A DNA stretch of 50,992 bases from the NCBI GenBank assembly GCA_027053075.1, contig JALUEE010000038.1:1-50992 (forward strand), in the 5' to 3' direction. The translations under genes were made by a program, and so were the position numbers. Positions within the stretch are counted from its first letter, which is position 1; each line of letters opens with the position of its first letter. The DNA comes from a candidate division WOR-3 bacterium (GTDB lineage Bacteria; Hydrothermota; Hydrothermia; B15-G9; WFZT01). Below are positions 10,961-21,788 of the stretch, piece after piece. The notes beneath the pieces are model-generated. The model was not told the origin of the DNA, did not search any database, and was given only the letters and a program-made list of their open reading frames with translations.

Positions 10961-12931
10961 ATGTCGTACAAAAAAAATATAAGCATAGAAGACCTATATA
11001 AGTTAAAGTTTGTATCTGACCCTCAAATCTCTCCTGATGGAAAGAGGATAGTTTTTGTTGTTGCCTCTGCCCAGAAGTTCGAGGGTGGAAAGGAAGGTTA
11101 TGTCTCGAAGCTCTGGATGGCTGATCTGGAGACCAACGAGGTGTACCAGTTCACCTTTGGCAGAGGCGTTGACTCAAATCCTCGCTGGTCAAAGGATGGT
11201 AGGTACATTCTCTTCCTGTCCAATAGAGACGACGAGAAGAGAGGACCACAGGTCTACATTATCCCATCCTTTGGAGGAGAGGCAAAGAGACTCACAAACT
11301 TTAAACACGGAGTGAGAAATCCCCAGTGGTCTCCACGAGGTAATAAGATTCTGTTTATCGCTTCGCCGGAAGAAGATGAAAGAAGGAAAGAGTACGACGT
11401 AAAAACTATAAACAGGCTCTTTTACAAACTCGACGGACAGGGAATCTTTCCACCAAATAGATTTCACCTCTTTTACACAACTGTAACAGGTAGCCGCGAA
11501 AAGCAGGTTACCTCCGGGAATTTTGACGTCGAAGACGCAGCCTGGTCACCTGATGGCAAGTACATCGCATTCGTTTCAAATATTGAGAAAGACCAGGACT
11601 ACACCTATGAGAGGAATATTTACCTGACATCCTGGAAAGGTGGTAAAATCAAAAAGCTGACCGGAGTTAAATCTTACATCCAGGGACTTTCCTGGTCTCC
11701 AGATGGCACCAAACTCGCTTTCATTGCCTCTACACTGAAGAAGGGCTTTGCGTCCAACTGGGGTGTGTGGCTCTATACAATGGGAGAGAGGAAACCAGTT
11801 TATCTTACCGAGGATATCGATATTTCTGTCGGTAACGCCGTCAATAGCGATGCAAGATTTGCGGAGTCAGCACCTGGAATCGTATGGTCACCCGATGGTA
11901 AAAAGCTGTATTTCCTGACTACGGATGGTCCCAACACCTACGTTATGGAGCTTGACATTGAGACACGTGAACTGAGGAGGGTAATCTATGGCGACCGTGT
12001 GATTGACAACTTTACACTTGATTCTTCAGGGAAAACCTTTGCTTTCGCTGCAATGGACCCGATCACACCCAAAGAAGTTTATATTGCCGAGGGTGACTGG
12101 GAGAAAAAGGTGACCAGCTTCAACGACGACCTCGTTGACGAAATGCTGCTTGTTGATCCCGAGCGTTTTACTTTCAAGGCCTCTGACGGAAAAGAGATCG
12201 AAGGCTGGATAATGAAACCACCCGATTTTGATGCCTCGAAGAAGTATCCAGTTATATTTGAAATTCACGGAGGGCCAAGAACAGCTTACGGTAATGCGTT
12301 CATGCACGAATTCCAGGTCCTTGCAGCAAAGGGATTTGTCATTGCATATATCAATCCACGCGGAAGTGCAGGATATGGAGAGGATTTCGCCTTTGAAATC
12401 GTCAAAAAGTATGGCGAAAGAGACTATCAGGATATTATGGAAGCTGTGGAATACATTGAAAAACTTCCCTATGTTGATCCAGAAAAGATCGGAGTTACAG
12501 GTGGCTCTTATGGCGGATACATGACAAACTGGATCGTAACCCATACTGACAGATTTAAGGCAGCGGTCACCCAGCGTTCTATTTCAAACTTTATCTCATT
12601 CTTCGGAACTTCTGATGTAGGATATCTTTTCACTACAGAAGAGATCGGCGGTACGCCATGGAGAAAGTACAGAAAGTACATCGAAAAATCACCACTGTTC
12701 CACGTGAATTATGTTAAAACCCCAATTTTGATCATCCATTCTGAAAATGATTTAAGATGCCCGATTGGTCAGGCAGAAGAATTTTACACTGCCCTGAAAT
12801 ATTTAAAGAAAGAAGTTGAATTTGTGAGGTATCCAGGGGAGACCCACGAACTTTCGAGGAGTGGAAGGCCTGACCACAGGGTTGATAGACTGGAGAGGAT
12901 AGCGAAATGGTTTGAAAAATACCTTAAATAG
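10961..12931 (+). CDS. S9-family (acylaminoacyl/prolyl oligo) peptidase
   Basis: Repeated WSPDG propeller motifs; IHGGP; catalytic GGSYGG, D (NDLRC) and H (ETHEL). Confidence 0.93.
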   Translation: MSYKKNISIEDLYKLKFVSDPQISPDGKRIVFVVASAQKFEGGKEGYVSKLWMADLETNEVYQFTFGRGVDSNPRWSKDGRYILFLSNRDDEKRGPQVYIIPSFGGEAKRLTNFKHGVRNPQWSPRGNKILFIASPEEDERRKEYDVKTINRLFYKLDGQGIFPPNRFHLFYTTVTGSREKQVTSGNFDVEDAAWSPDGKYIAFVSNIEKDQDYTYERNIYLTSWKGGKIKKLTGVKSYIQGLSWSPDGTKLAFIASTLKKGFASNWGVWLYTMGERKPVYLTEDIDISVGNAVNSDARFAESAPGIVWSPDGKKLYFLTTDGPNTYVMELDIETRELRRVIYGDRVIDNFTLDSSGKTFAFAAMDPITPKEVYIAEGDWEKKVTSFNDDLVDEMLLVDPERFTFKASDGKEIEGWIMKPPDFDASKKYPVIFEIHGGPRTAYGNAFMHEFQVLAAKGFVIAYINPRGSAGYGEDFAFEIVKKYGERDYQDIMEAVEYIEKLPYVDPEKIGVTGGSYGGYMTNWIVTHTDRFKAAVTQRSISNFISFFGTSDVGYLFTTEEIGGTPWRKYRKYIEKSPLFHVNYVKTPILIIHSENDLRCPIGQAEEFYTALKYLKKEVEFVRYPGETHELSRSGRPDHRVDRLERIAKWFEKYLK

Positions 12932-12939
12932 GAGGCAGT

Positions 12940-14652
12940 ATGAAGTTCCCAACAGTAAGAGAGGGGCTCGGGTGGATGACCATACCCGAGATGACCCAGA
13001 GAAGCGGTACTATTTACAAAGACGAAATCGCACTGCAAATGAGGAGGGGGAAAGGCTGGGTTAAATTCACCTATGGCGAGATGTTCGATAGGGTAAAGCG
13101 GACCGCCGGGTATCTGAAAGAGAAGGGGATCAAGAAGGGTGATAAGGTTTCGGTTCTTGGCGAGAATAGGCCAGAGTGGGCGATATCTTATCTTGCAATA
13201 GCCTGGGCGGGCGCAACAATTGTCCCCCTTGATGCAAGACTAAGTGTCTCAGAGATGCGGCATATCATGGATGATGCTGAGGTCAAACTACTAATTGCGT
13301 CAAAGGGTTATAAAGATGACATTCTTGAAGTGAAAGACGATATCCCATCCCTCGAAACCGTTGTCTGCATGGACGAGGATGATGTATGCGATAACCTACC
13401 GGAAATCTGGGAAAAATACGAGCCCCTCGAGGAACTTCCAGACATTACACTCGATGATCTTGCAGTTATCCTCTACACCTCGGGAACAACGGGTACGTCC
13501 AAAGGAGTTATGCTGACGCATAAAAATATTATGTCCAACGTGGATAGTATCTATCAGTTGATCTTCTACGGACCTGGAGACACGTTCTTTTCAATACTGC
13601 CGCTTCACCATGTATTTGAAGCTACTGCTGGTTTTCTCGCGGCCCTTTATGGTGGAGCAAGGATCGTTTACGCAAGGTCACTAAAACCCAACGAGATGCG
13701 CGAAGATATGTATGCCACCAAGCCCACAATTTTCCTCGTTGTTCCTCTGCTTCTTGAGAAAATTGTAAATGCTATCCACAGGGAGCTAAGAAAGGCCCCC
13801 AAATTTAAGAAAGGGCTTTTCAAAGGACTTAAAGGACTTGCAAAAGTAACCGGGAAGAAGGGGCGTGACGTACTTTTCCGTTCAATTCGCGAGAAGACGG
13901 GGATGGGATATGCCAGATACATCATTTCTGGTGGCGCGGCTCTTCCTGAATGGGTCTCAAAAGAGATGGAGGAACTGGGATTTCCCATTTTCCAGGGCTA
14001 TGGACTTTCAGAAACGTCTCCCGTTTTAACTGTTAATCCTCCATGCTGCCCGAGGAATAAGTCCGCAGGCCTGCCCATTCCAAACGTGGAAATTAAAATA
14101 CTTGATCCGAACGAGGAAGGAGTGGGCGAGATTGGGGCAAAGGGCCCCAACGTAATGCCCGGATACTACAAAAAGCCTGAGGAGACGAAAAAAGTATTCA
14201 CCCCTGATGGCTGGTTCAAAACCGGAGATCTTGGTTACCTCGACAAAGACGGTTATCTCTATATCACAGGAAGGGCAAAGTCCGTTATAGTCACAAAAGG
14301 CGGGAAAAATATTTACCCTGAAGAGGTGGAAGGTGTTCTATCCAAGTCTCCTTACATCGAGGAAATACTCGTACTTCAGGGAGTGAACCCTAAAACGGGC
14401 ACCGAAGAAATCCAGGCAATTGTCTACCCCAATTACGACAACGTTGATAAATATTTCAAAGAAAAAGGAATAACCGAGCCCACCGAGGATGATGTTTACA
14501 ACCTGATTAAAAGAGAAATTGACGAATATTCAAAGCAACTTGCCGACTACAAACGGCCTAAGAGATTTACATTGAGGGATGAGCCTTTCCCGAAAACTAC
14601 AACCAACAAAATAAAAAGATACCTCTTCCAGAAAAAAGCGATGGAATTGTAA
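12940..14652 (+). CDS. Long-chain fatty acid-CoA ligase (AMP-binding family)
   Basis: YTSGTTGTSKG, QGYGLSETSP, GWFKTGDLG and GKNIYPEEVE motifs. Confidence 0.9.
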   Translation: MKFPTVREGLGWMTIPEMTQRSGTIYKDEIALQMRRGKGWVKFTYGEMFDRVKRTAGYLKEKGIKKGDKVSVLGENRPEWAISYLAIAWAGATIVPLDARLSVSEMRHIMDDAEVKLLIASKGYKDDILEVKDDIPSLETVVCMDEDDVCDNLPEIWEKYEPLEELPDITLDDLAVILYTSGTTGTSKGVMLTHKNIMSNVDSIYQLIFYGPGDTFFSILPLHHVFEATAGFLAALYGGARIVYARSLKPNEMREDMYATKPTIFLVVPLLLEKIVNAIHRELRKAPKFKKGLFKGLKGLAKVTGKKGRDVLFRSIREKTGMGYARYIISGGAALPEWVSKEMEELGFPIFQGYGLSETSPVLTVNPPCCPRNKSAGLPIPNVEIKILDPNEEGVGEIGAKGPNVMPGYYKKPEETKKVFTPDGWFKTGDLGYLDKDGYLYITGRAKSVIVTKGGKNIYPEEVEGVLSKSPYIEEILVLQGVNPKTGTEEIQAIVYPNYDNVDKYFKEKGITEPTEDDVYNLIKREIDEYSKQLADYKRPKRFTLRDEPFPKTTTNKIKRYLFQKKAMEL

Positions 14653-14776
14653 AAGCCCGGGAAGGTGGTTTAAAAACTATGCTTGTGAAGAGCTCATCGT
14701 GAGATTTGTTAACAAACCGTGTGTATGAATTAATAAAACCTCAGGTAATCGCAAATTCAAGTTTTTGATTCGACAG

Positions 14777-16048
14777 CTACTTGGATTCCTTCAGCTTTTT
14801 CTCTCTCACTTTTACTGATTTGGCGTGGAATGTGAGGGATTCAAGCTCGGCGAGTCTCACCGCGAGGGGGGCAATTTTCTCAAAACCCTCGGGGTAGACC
14901 TCTAAAATTGACTGGATTTTTAAAAAATCCTTCACATGCAAACCACCTGTAAATCGAGCACTCCCATTTGTGGGCAAAACATGGTTGACCCCTGCGGAGT
15001 AATCCCCAAGGGCTTCAGCACTTAATTCACCCACAAATAATGTTCCAAAATTGTCAACCATTTCAACGTATCTATCGGGGAACCTCACCTGGAGCTCAAG
15101 ATGCTCAGGTGCCACCTCTTTTGCTATTTCAATTGCCTCCTCAATGGATTCCGCTAAAATGAAAGCTCCATTTTTCTCAACTGATTCCCGTGCAACTTCA
15201 TTACCAGTTTCTTTGATGATTTTCTCGACAGTCTTTATAGTTCCTTCAAGCACCTCTCGTGAATTGGAAATAATCATGGCTCTGGCATATACATCGTGCT
15301 CTGCCTGGGCAAGCAAATCGTGGGCAAGTATTTCTGGATCAGCCGTCTCATCGGCTATTATTAAAACCTCTGTGGGACCGGCAATAAAGTCTATCCCAAC
15401 CTGCCCCGAAACCTCTTTCTTTGCAACTGCTGTGTAGATATTCCCCGGCCCAACAATTTTATCCACTCTCGGGACACTCTCTGTTCCATAGGCAAGGGCA
15501 GCAATTGCCTGCGCTCCACCAACGAGAAAAATGCTTTTTACCCCAAGAAGCCGGGCGACATAAAGAATATACGGGTTAACACCACCATCGTGGGATGGAG
15601 GGGTGGCAACATAAATTTCATTAACACCCGCTACTCTCGCTGGTACACCACACATCATCAGAGTGGAAATAAGCGGATACCTGCCTCCGGGAACATAAAT
15701 CCCTACCTTCTCAATAGGTCTTATCCTCTGCCTCACCCTTACACCAGGCACAACTTCCATAGCAAAGTTCGTAAGTGACGCCTTCTGAGCTCTTGCAACG
15801 TTAGTAATATTCTCCATTACCCCTTCTATCACTTTCCTGTCATTATCCGGGATTTCAACCTCAATATCCGCAGGATTAATGGAAATTTTATCCAGTCTCA
15901 CGTTGTCAAATTTCTCAGTAAATTCAATTAGGGCTTCATCACCACGGGCTTTCACATCGATCAAGATTTCCCTTACCCTATCAATTATTTCTGGGGGTAT
16001 TTCATGAGCTTTTTCTGGCTTAAAATCTTTTGCCCTGATTATTTCCAT
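14777..16048 (-). CDS. hisD: Histidinol dehydrogenase
   Basis: GIYVPGG, GGAQAIAALAYG, KIVGPGN, AGPTEV, QAEHD, APEHLEL and NHVLPT motifs. Confidence 0.96.
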   Translation of the reverse strand: MEIIRAKDFKPEKAHEIPPEIIDRVREILIDVKARGDEALIEFTEKFDNVRLDKISINPADIEVEIPDNDRKVIEGVMENITNVARAQKASLTNFAMEVVPGVRVRQRIRPIEKVGIYVPGGRYPLISTLMMCGVPARVAGVNEIYVATPPSHDGGVNPYILYVARLLGVKSIFLVGGAQAIAALAYGTESVPRVDKIVGPGNIYTAVAKKEVSGQVGIDFIAGPTEVLIIADETADPEILAHDLLAQAEHDVYARAMIISNSREVLEGTIKTVEKIIKETGNEVARESVEKNGAFILAESIEEAIEIAKEVAPEHLELQVRFPDRYVEMVDNFGTLFVGELSAEALGDYSAGVNHVLPTNGSARFTGGLHVKDFLKIQSILEVYPEGFEKIAPLAVRLAELESLTFHAKSVKVREKKLKESK

Positions 16049-17283
16049 TTCCTTCTCCTGAGTTCCCAGAGCACGTCATCAATGGTAACCCCTTCCCTTG
16101 CAAGCAAAACGGTAAGAAAATAAAGCACATCTGCTGCCTCCCATATAACCTCATCTTTGCCTCTGGCCTCGATAACTTCGTTAACTTCCTCAAATAGCTT
16201 CTCGCGCACCTTTTTGTCATCAAGTGTCGCTGTATACGAGCCTGGTTTTGGATTTTCAAACCTCTCTTTAATGATTTCGTAAAGTTCATAAAGGCTGAAC
16301 CTCCGCTCTCCAAAGCAGGAATAACTTCCAAGATGGCAGGCAACACCTTTTTGCTTTACCGTTGCAAGGATAGTGTCCCTGTCACAGTCGGCACGCATTC
16401 TTTTTAAAAACTGGAAATTCCCGGATGTTTCACCCTTCATCCATAGCTTGTTTCTCGAGCGGCTGAAATACCACATTTTCCCTGTTTCAAAGGCTTTCTT
16501 TAGGGATTCTTTGTTGCTGTATGCAAGGGTGAGCACCTGTCCACTCTCATCCTGTGTGATTGTCGGCAGGAGCTCAGTTTTCCAGTTCAGAAGCTCGATA
16601 AATGCCGTCTTAAGGTCAATTTTCCCCGTATAAATTGCCATCCCCACCTGTGCATCCACATCGTATTTTTTAAGTTCCATTAGGTCATTTAAATCCCTCA
16701 CACCACCTGCCACTGTTATGCGAGCCTTTGTCGAATTTCGGAGTTTTTCTATCTTTTCAAAGTTCAGGCCTTCAAGTGAGCCCTCTCTGTCTATGTCAGT
16801 GAATAAATATTCAGATGCGAAACGTTCCAGCTTGGCCGCTGTTTCATAAACATTGAGGCCGGTGGGTTCCTTCCACCCTTTTGTGTAAATTTCATCACCG
16901 CGAACATCGATGGCAATCATGGTTTTATACCATCCAATGGCCTCATTTAACCCCTTCAAAAATTCAAAATTTATCCTGCCTCCTTCGAAAACTTTTGAGC
17001 TAACAATAATCTTTTTGGCACCATAGGAAGCGAGCAATTTCGCCTTCTCAACTGATCTAATACCTCCACCGACTCGGCACTCGGCAATTTTGCAAATCTC
17101 TTTAATTAGCTCGAGGTTGTCACCTTTCCCCATAGCGGCATCAAGGTCAATTACAGCGATCTCCCCGTAACGATCAAACTCCCTTGCGAGTTCCAAGGGA
17201 TTATCTTTCTCTATAACCAGCTCCTCTCCACCACGCAGCTGAACAGCCTTACCGTTCATAATGTCAATTGAGGGTATGACCAT
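16039..17283 (-). CDS. Fused HisA-like isomerase / HisI cyclohydrolase / HisE pyrophosphatase
   Basis: N-terminal HisA barrel (IPSIDI, DLDAA, GGGIRS), then HisI (SRSR.KLW.KGETSG, DCDRD, ACHLG..SCF), then HisE ([15 protein letters not shown]). Confidence 0.9.
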   Translation of the reverse strand: MVIPSIDIMNGKAVQLRGGEELVIEKDNPLELAREFDRYGEIAVIDLDAAMGKGDNLELIKEICKIAECRVGGGIRSVEKAKLLASYGAKKIIVSSKVFEGGRINFEFLKGLNEAIGWYKTMIAIDVRGDEIYTKGWKEPTGLNVYETAAKLERFASEYLFTDIDREGSLEGLNFEKIEKLRNSTKARITVAGGVRDLNDLMELKKYDVDAQVGMAIYTGKIDLKTAFIELLNWKTELLPTITQDESGQVLTLAYSNKESLKKAFETGKMWYFSRSRNKLWMKGETSGNFQFLKRMRADCDRDTILATVKQKGVACHLGSYSCFGERRFSLYELYEIIKERFENPKPGSYTATLDDKKVREKLFEEVNEVIEARGKDEVIWEAADVLYFLTVLLAREGVTIDDVLWELRRRKWK

Positions 17284-18032
17284 CTCACTTCAACTCCTTT
17301 CTCCTTTAAGAATTTTTTGATTTCACGAATTGAAAACTTTCCGAAGTGGACAATGGATGCCACAAGAGCAGCATCGGCCTTGCCTTTATCTAAAACCTCA
17401 TAGATTTGCTCCAATGTACCTGCCCCACCTGAAGCTATGACAGGAATCCCAACAGATTCGGAAACTGCACGTGTGAGCTCAATATCATAGCCACTTTGAG
17501 TCCCATCGGCATCAATGGAGTTTAGAAGGATTTCGCCAGCTCCAAGTTTTTCTCCCTCTTTCGCCCATTCAATTGCATCAATCCCGGTATCATAGCGGCC
17601 TCCATGCGAGAATGCATGCCAGGAATTCCCAACCCGCTTGGCATCTATTGAAAGGACAACGGATTGTGAGCCAAAAATTTCACTTGACTCACGGAGAAGC
17701 TCTGGATTTTGAAGGGCAGTGGTACATATTGAAACCTTATCAGCACCGGCAAGAAGTATCCTGCGGATATCCTCAATGGTCTTTACACCTCCACCAACCG
17801 AAAATGGGATAAAAACCTGATCAGAAACCTTACGGACAAGCTCAACCATGGTAGCCCTGGATTCGTATGAAGCCATAATGTCCAGAAAACATAGCTCATC
17901 TGCACCATCATCATTATATTTTTTTGCAAGTTCCACAGGGTCGCCAACCTCGCGCAATCCCTGGAATTTCACACCTTTGACCACTTTCCCATCTTTAATA
18001 TCAAGACAGGGGATAATCCTCTTTGCGAGCAT
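17256..18032 (-). CDS. hisF: Imidazole glycerol phosphate synthase cyclase subunit
   Basis: [17 protein letters not shown]-like [26 protein letters not shown] and IASGGAG motifs. Confidence 0.96.
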   Translation of the reverse strand: MLAKRIIPCLDIKDGKVVKGVKFQGLREVGDPVELAKKYNDDGADELCFLDIMASYESRATMVELVRKVSDQVFIPFSVGGGVKTIEDIRRILLAGADKVSICTTALQNPELLRESSEIFGSQSVVLSIDAKRVGNSWHAFSHGGRYDTGIDAIEWAKEGEKLGAGEILLNSIDADGTQSGYDIELTRAVSESVGIPVIASGGAGTLEQIYEVLDKGKADAALVASIVHFGKFSIREIKKFLKEKGVEVRWSYPQLTL

Positions 18033-18148
18033 TGCATAATTATAAAGTCAACTCGCAAAACAATGCAGACCCTGAGACAGGTTTATTAATCCTGAGAAGT
18101 ATATTTTGAATTCACCCCCCGGGTATAAATCAGAACCCTCTATAATCT

Positions 18149-18428
18149 GAGCCTGTCTAAAAAATTTCAAAACTTTGAATTTTAAAGAAAAATTTGTGCC
18201 CACCTTATTTCCCATGTGCGTCAAGTTTAGGCCAATGCCAATTGAGAATTATCCAAATATTCCACTATTATTGTCTTGATAAATCCGAAATCCTCCATTC
18301 CACTCCAACCCTCCCTTCCCCTCAGGGGAAGGGAGGGTGAAAAAACCTCTGGAATTCCTGAAAAGGCACCTTTTCCCAGCCACAAGCATTCTGTGTAACG
18401 AAAGCCTGGGGATTTTTCGAACAAGCTC
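18149..18428. mobile_element. MITE-like element, copy 3
   Basis: Ends GAGCCTGTCTAAAAAAT / ATTTTTCGAACAAGCTC; internal hairpin at 18295-18338. The flanking duplication is degenerate. Confidence 0.55.
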
Positions 18429-18476
18429 TTTAAACGCTTGACAATGGGCGGTGTGATTTTTATTTATAATACCGCT

Positions 18477-19340
18477 ATGGAAAACATTATAAAGGAAAGT
18501 GTAAAAAATTTGAGTGAGGTTGGAAAAGAAGCCCCGAAGCTGGAAGGCGTGCCCTCCGGCATTGAGGGGCTTGATGAGCTGTTTTTTACGTCCAGAATCG
18601 AGAACGGAAAAGCGAAGAAAATCCCCCTTGGTGGCATTCCACGTTATGCCGTTGTTAATCTCACGGGTATCTCTGACACGGGAAAATCCCTGATGGTGGA
18701 GCAGTTTGCCGTCAAGCAAGCATCACTGGGACGTAAAGTGGCATTTATCACAGTTGAGACCCCTGCAACCTTCCTCTCCATAGGATTGAAGGAGCGTGCT
18801 ACTGCCATGGGCATTGAGGACCTGAAGACTGTTGAAGACAACATTTACATCATCGACGCTGCAAGCTACAGCACCCTTCGCGAGGATATTAAGGTACTCC
18901 TCGACACACTCGCCTACACGATTAAGACATACAAAATCAAATACACGGTGATTGACTCGGTGACCGGTCTCTACGAGGCAAAGGAGATGCTTGCTCGAAC
19001 ATTCGTCCGGCAGATATTCAATTTCCTCAAAAAATGGTATCAGACTGCTTTGCTGGTTTCACAGAAGCGCTCAGGTCATGAGGAATTTTCTGCAGAGGCA
19101 GCGGGGGGCTATGCAGTTTCCCATATCGTTGACTGCACCATGGTTCTGACAAAGAAGATGATTCAGAGCCAGTATGACGAACGCCTTTACAAGCGTCCAA
19201 TTGGTGAGATGATGAGGTTCTTCAGGATTGACGGGTGCCGCATGTGCGGTCATGATACAGATACACACGTAATGGAAATTACTGAAGGTGGGCTTGTTAG
19301 AATAGGTCCCCGTCTGAAGGACCTGCTGAGAAAAACCTAA
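18477..19340 (+). CDS. Single-domain KaiC-like (RecA-fold) ATPase, resembling the AF_0795/TIGR03878 thermophile family
   Basis: SGIEGLDELF, GGIP, Walker A GISDTGKS, Walker B VIDSVT and C-terminal RIDGCRMCGH. Start moved to ATG 18477, 6 nt after TATAAT. Confidence 0.85.
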   Translation: MENIIKESVKNLSEVGKEAPKLEGVPSGIEGLDELFFTSRIENGKAKKIPLGGIPRYAVVNLTGISDTGKSLMVEQFAVKQASLGRKVAFITVETPATFLSIGLKERATAMGIEDLKTVEDNIYIIDAASYSTLREDIKVLLDTLAYTIKTYKIKYTVIDSVTGLYEAKEMLARTFVRQIFNFLKKWYQTALLVSQKRSGHEEFSAEAAGGYAVSHIVDCTMVLTKKMIQSQYDERLYKRPIGEMMRFFRIDGCRMCGHDTDTHVMEITEGGLVRIGPRLKDLLRKT

Positions 19341-19355
19341 AAGGAGGTGAGAAAA

Positions 19356-19976
19356 ATGCCAGTACTTCAACCTGATGAAATAAAAACCTACGATCTTGAT
19401 ACCCTCGCAATCAGGGTATTCTTAAAGGCACTTGAGATTCTTGGGGGACCAAGAAAATTGATCGAGCTAAGAAACTTAACATGGATTACATCATTAATGG
19501 AAGCTGCCTATGCCATTGTCCTATCCGAGGAAGCTTTCAAAACGGAGGATGAAATTGCCGCATTCCTGGGCCTCACAAGACAGACAGTTAGAAATATTTT
19601 AAGAGCTGATCCTGACCTTGTAATGGCAAAAATCGAAGGTGAGCTCAAAGAAAAGACACCAAAGGCACACACCGCTGGTGGACTCGCAAAAATTGCCTAT
19701 AAAGAGATCAAAGAAGGCAGGGATAACCTCAATTTCTTCATTTACGCACTACAGAATGCATCAGAGACCCTCGGGATTTACTGGCCCATTGAGGTTTTAA
19801 AGAGGATCAAAGGCCTGAACTTCCCTGCTGACAAAGAGGCTCTTAAAGAGAGGCTCTCTGGCATAAAGATCAAAGACAAACCGTCTGACGAGATTTTAGA
19901 GAAGCTCACTTATCCTGTAAAAAGTCCAAGTGACCTTCTCCACCAGATCAGAAAAACCCTTGAAGGAGGTGAGTAA
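19356..19976 (+). CDS. KaiC-associated HTH regulatory protein (TIGR03879-like)
   Basis: NLTWITSLMEAAY followed by an HTH (EIAAFLGLTRQTVRNIL) and AHTAGGLAK; SD AGGAGG; directly after the KaiC-like gene. Confidence 0.75.
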   Translation: MPVLQPDEIKTYDLDTLAIRVFLKALEILGGPRKLIELRNLTWITSLMEAAYAIVLSEEAFKTEDEIAAFLGLTRQTVRNILRADPDLVMAKIEGELKEKTPKAHTAGGLAKIAYKEIKEGRDNLNFFIYALQNASETLGIYWPIEVLKRIKGLNFPADKEALKERLSGIKIKDKPSDEILEKLTYPVKSPSDLLHQIRKTLEGGE

Positions 19977-21703
19977 TGGTAATAAGAAAGAGACACGCAG
20001 AGTTGCTAATCAAGTCAAGAGACGAAGGTGTTAAATTTGCCGATGTCCTTGGTGATGATATTCATTATCTCGATAACCTCGAAAAAATGGGGCTAATTGA
20101 GCTCGATGACGAGGGCATTTTCACTACAACATATTCGGGAGCCCTTTTAGCCGAAACCATTGAAAAAGTTCCTGAGTACGGTGGCATTCCTCTTGAGGAG
20201 TGGGATGATTCTTTCAGGTTCCTCGGCTCAGAAATAATCACAATGCTTTATACCTCAAAAAATGTTCAGGGTAAAACCCACAGTTCATTCGCGGGAGAGC
20301 TGGAAAAAAGAGGCCTTGCGAAGGATGGACATCTCACTGACCTTGCGTACTCGATAATTGAACATTATGAGAGGGCGCATCCGAGGCTCGTTATCTCAAA
20401 AGAGCTTTCAGAGACGATGAGGAAAATGCCTCCAGGACCGGGGCTTACAAAGTTCCTCACAGCCGACAAGTTCCATCTACTTGAGCTTGAGTCCATGCGG
20501 TTGCTTTCTTTTAGCATACCCAAAAGTGAAGTTTATTCCCTCTCAGGTCTGGGTCAGCAGATTAGAGCGGCAATCACGACCAGTGCTCCTGCCTATGATG
20601 TTGTGATTGATGATCATGTCTTAAAACTCTTCTACGATGGGAGTTACAAGGACTCCCCGTTGTTTAACCGACTGGTTGCAATGGCCTTTGTAACCCCTGA
20701 AGGGGAGTTGCTTCAGGCAGGTAAGCACCTTGTTTCTGCTGCCAGAATTTACTTTGACGGTCCTATTACAGTTAATCCTTCTCTTCATCTCGAGCTTTTC
20801 GACATCTATACATTGAAGGCTATTGCTGAGCTCGAGAATGAAGGTGAGACCGAGATAGATGAGGAAAAAATCAGACTCCGTATAAAAAAGAAATTTGAAC
20901 TCCAGGATATAAATCTCAAGCTGCATTTAAACAGGCTGATGGCTGTGAGACTCGTTAATATTTCTTTCGCAGGTGATAAGGCTATTTACAATCTGAGCGA
21001 CTGGGGTAGGGAGGTTTATGAACACCAGAAATTAGGAGAGAAGGCTGTTCCAGCTCATGCTGTTAAATCTATCACTCTGACAAGGATGGAATTTACTGCA
21101 CCCGAATACGACTGGTTTATGGATGGAGAGAAGGCTGGAGTATCTGGAAATGGTTATCCTTCAAAGGCTGGTAAAACCTATGCAAGAATTGCATCCAATG
21201 CGGAGAAGATTCCCTTTGTTGAAAATATCGAGCTAAAGGCATTGAGACTTGTGCCCCTTTTCACTGGTAGTTACATAGACGACCTCGAGAAGTTCTGGAA
21301 AGAGGATACACCGCTCCTTGAGGCACTTTCATCACTTGATGCAGATGGGATTGTGGACCTTTTGCCCGGCAATGCTGTTGTCCTAACGGAGGCTGGCAGG
21401 CTGGTGAAACGAGCTCTCCAGTCTGTGCCCGACACGATTCAATTCCCAATACATCCGCTACTTGCGAAGATACTTGAGAAGTTAAAGGACGAGCTTGATC
21501 AGGGCCGTAGTCTTGAGGAAGCTTTGAAACGAACTGAAAAGGAGCTTGGAATACCTGCTAAAGAGTTTGAGGACCTCATTCTTTATGCCAAGAGGGTGAA
21601 GTTTATTGGAGCGAGGAATTTGACACCGCATGGTAAATATATTGTGGAGGCAATAAAGGAGCTTGCGAAGATCAGGAAGGTTTGGGAAGAGGTTTTGGAT
21701 TGA
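19976..21703 (+). CDS. DUF505-like protein (probable repeated winged-helix domains)
   Basis: MVIRKRHA start, RFLGSEII, PPGP and ESMRL motifs as I recall them for DUF505; several wHTH-like L...G....T..G segments; overlaps the upstream stop codon. Confidence 0.65.
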   Translation: MVIRKRHAELLIKSRDEGVKFADVLGDDIHYLDNLEKMGLIELDDEGIFTTTYSGALLAETIEKVPEYGGIPLEEWDDSFRFLGSEIITMLYTSKNVQGKTHSSFAGELEKRGLAKDGHLTDLAYSIIEHYERAHPRLVISKELSETMRKMPPGPGLTKFLTADKFHLLELESMRLLSFSIPKSEVYSLSGLGQQIRAAITTSAPAYDVVIDDHVLKLFYDGSYKDSPLFNRLVAMAFVTPEGELLQAGKHLVSAARIYFDGPITVNPSLHLELFDIYTLKAIAELENEGETEIDEEKIRLRIKKKFELQDINLKLHLNRLMAVRLVNISFAGDKAIYNLSDWGREVYEHQKLGEKAVPAHAVKSITLTRMEFTAPEYDWFMDGEKAGVSGNGYPSKAGKTYARIASNAEKIPFVENIELKALRLVPLFTGSYIDDLEKFWKEDTPLLEALSSLDADGIVDLLPGNAVVLTEAGRLVKRALQSVPDTIQFPIHPLLAKILEKLKDELDQGRSLEEALKRTEKELGIPAKEFEDLILYAKRVKFIGARNLTPHGKYIVEAIKELAKIRKVWEEVLD

Positions 21704-21705
21704 TA

Positions 21706-21736
21706 GTGAGGGCGGCGCCTTCGGCGCCGCCCTCAC
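21706..21736 (+). terminator. Perfect GC-rich hairpin after the KaiC operon (terminator-like, no U-tract)
   Basis: GTGAGGGCGGCGCC-TTC-GGCGCCGCCCTCAC, 14-bp stem. Confidence 0.6.
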
Positions 21737-21788
21737 ATCAGACATTCATTGAATAAACAAATGGATAAAACTGAAATTTTTGTGAATA

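Noticed and set aside
17256..17283. HisF C-terminal extension (WSYPQLTL) overlapping hisA as a programmed frameshift or fusion
   Set aside because: A 28-bp overlap is simply explained by stop-codon drift, and no slippery site is evident.
18477..19340. Circadian clock kaiC
   Set aside because: It has a single ATPase domain, there is no kaiA/kaiB, and the CII phosphorylation-site context is absent.
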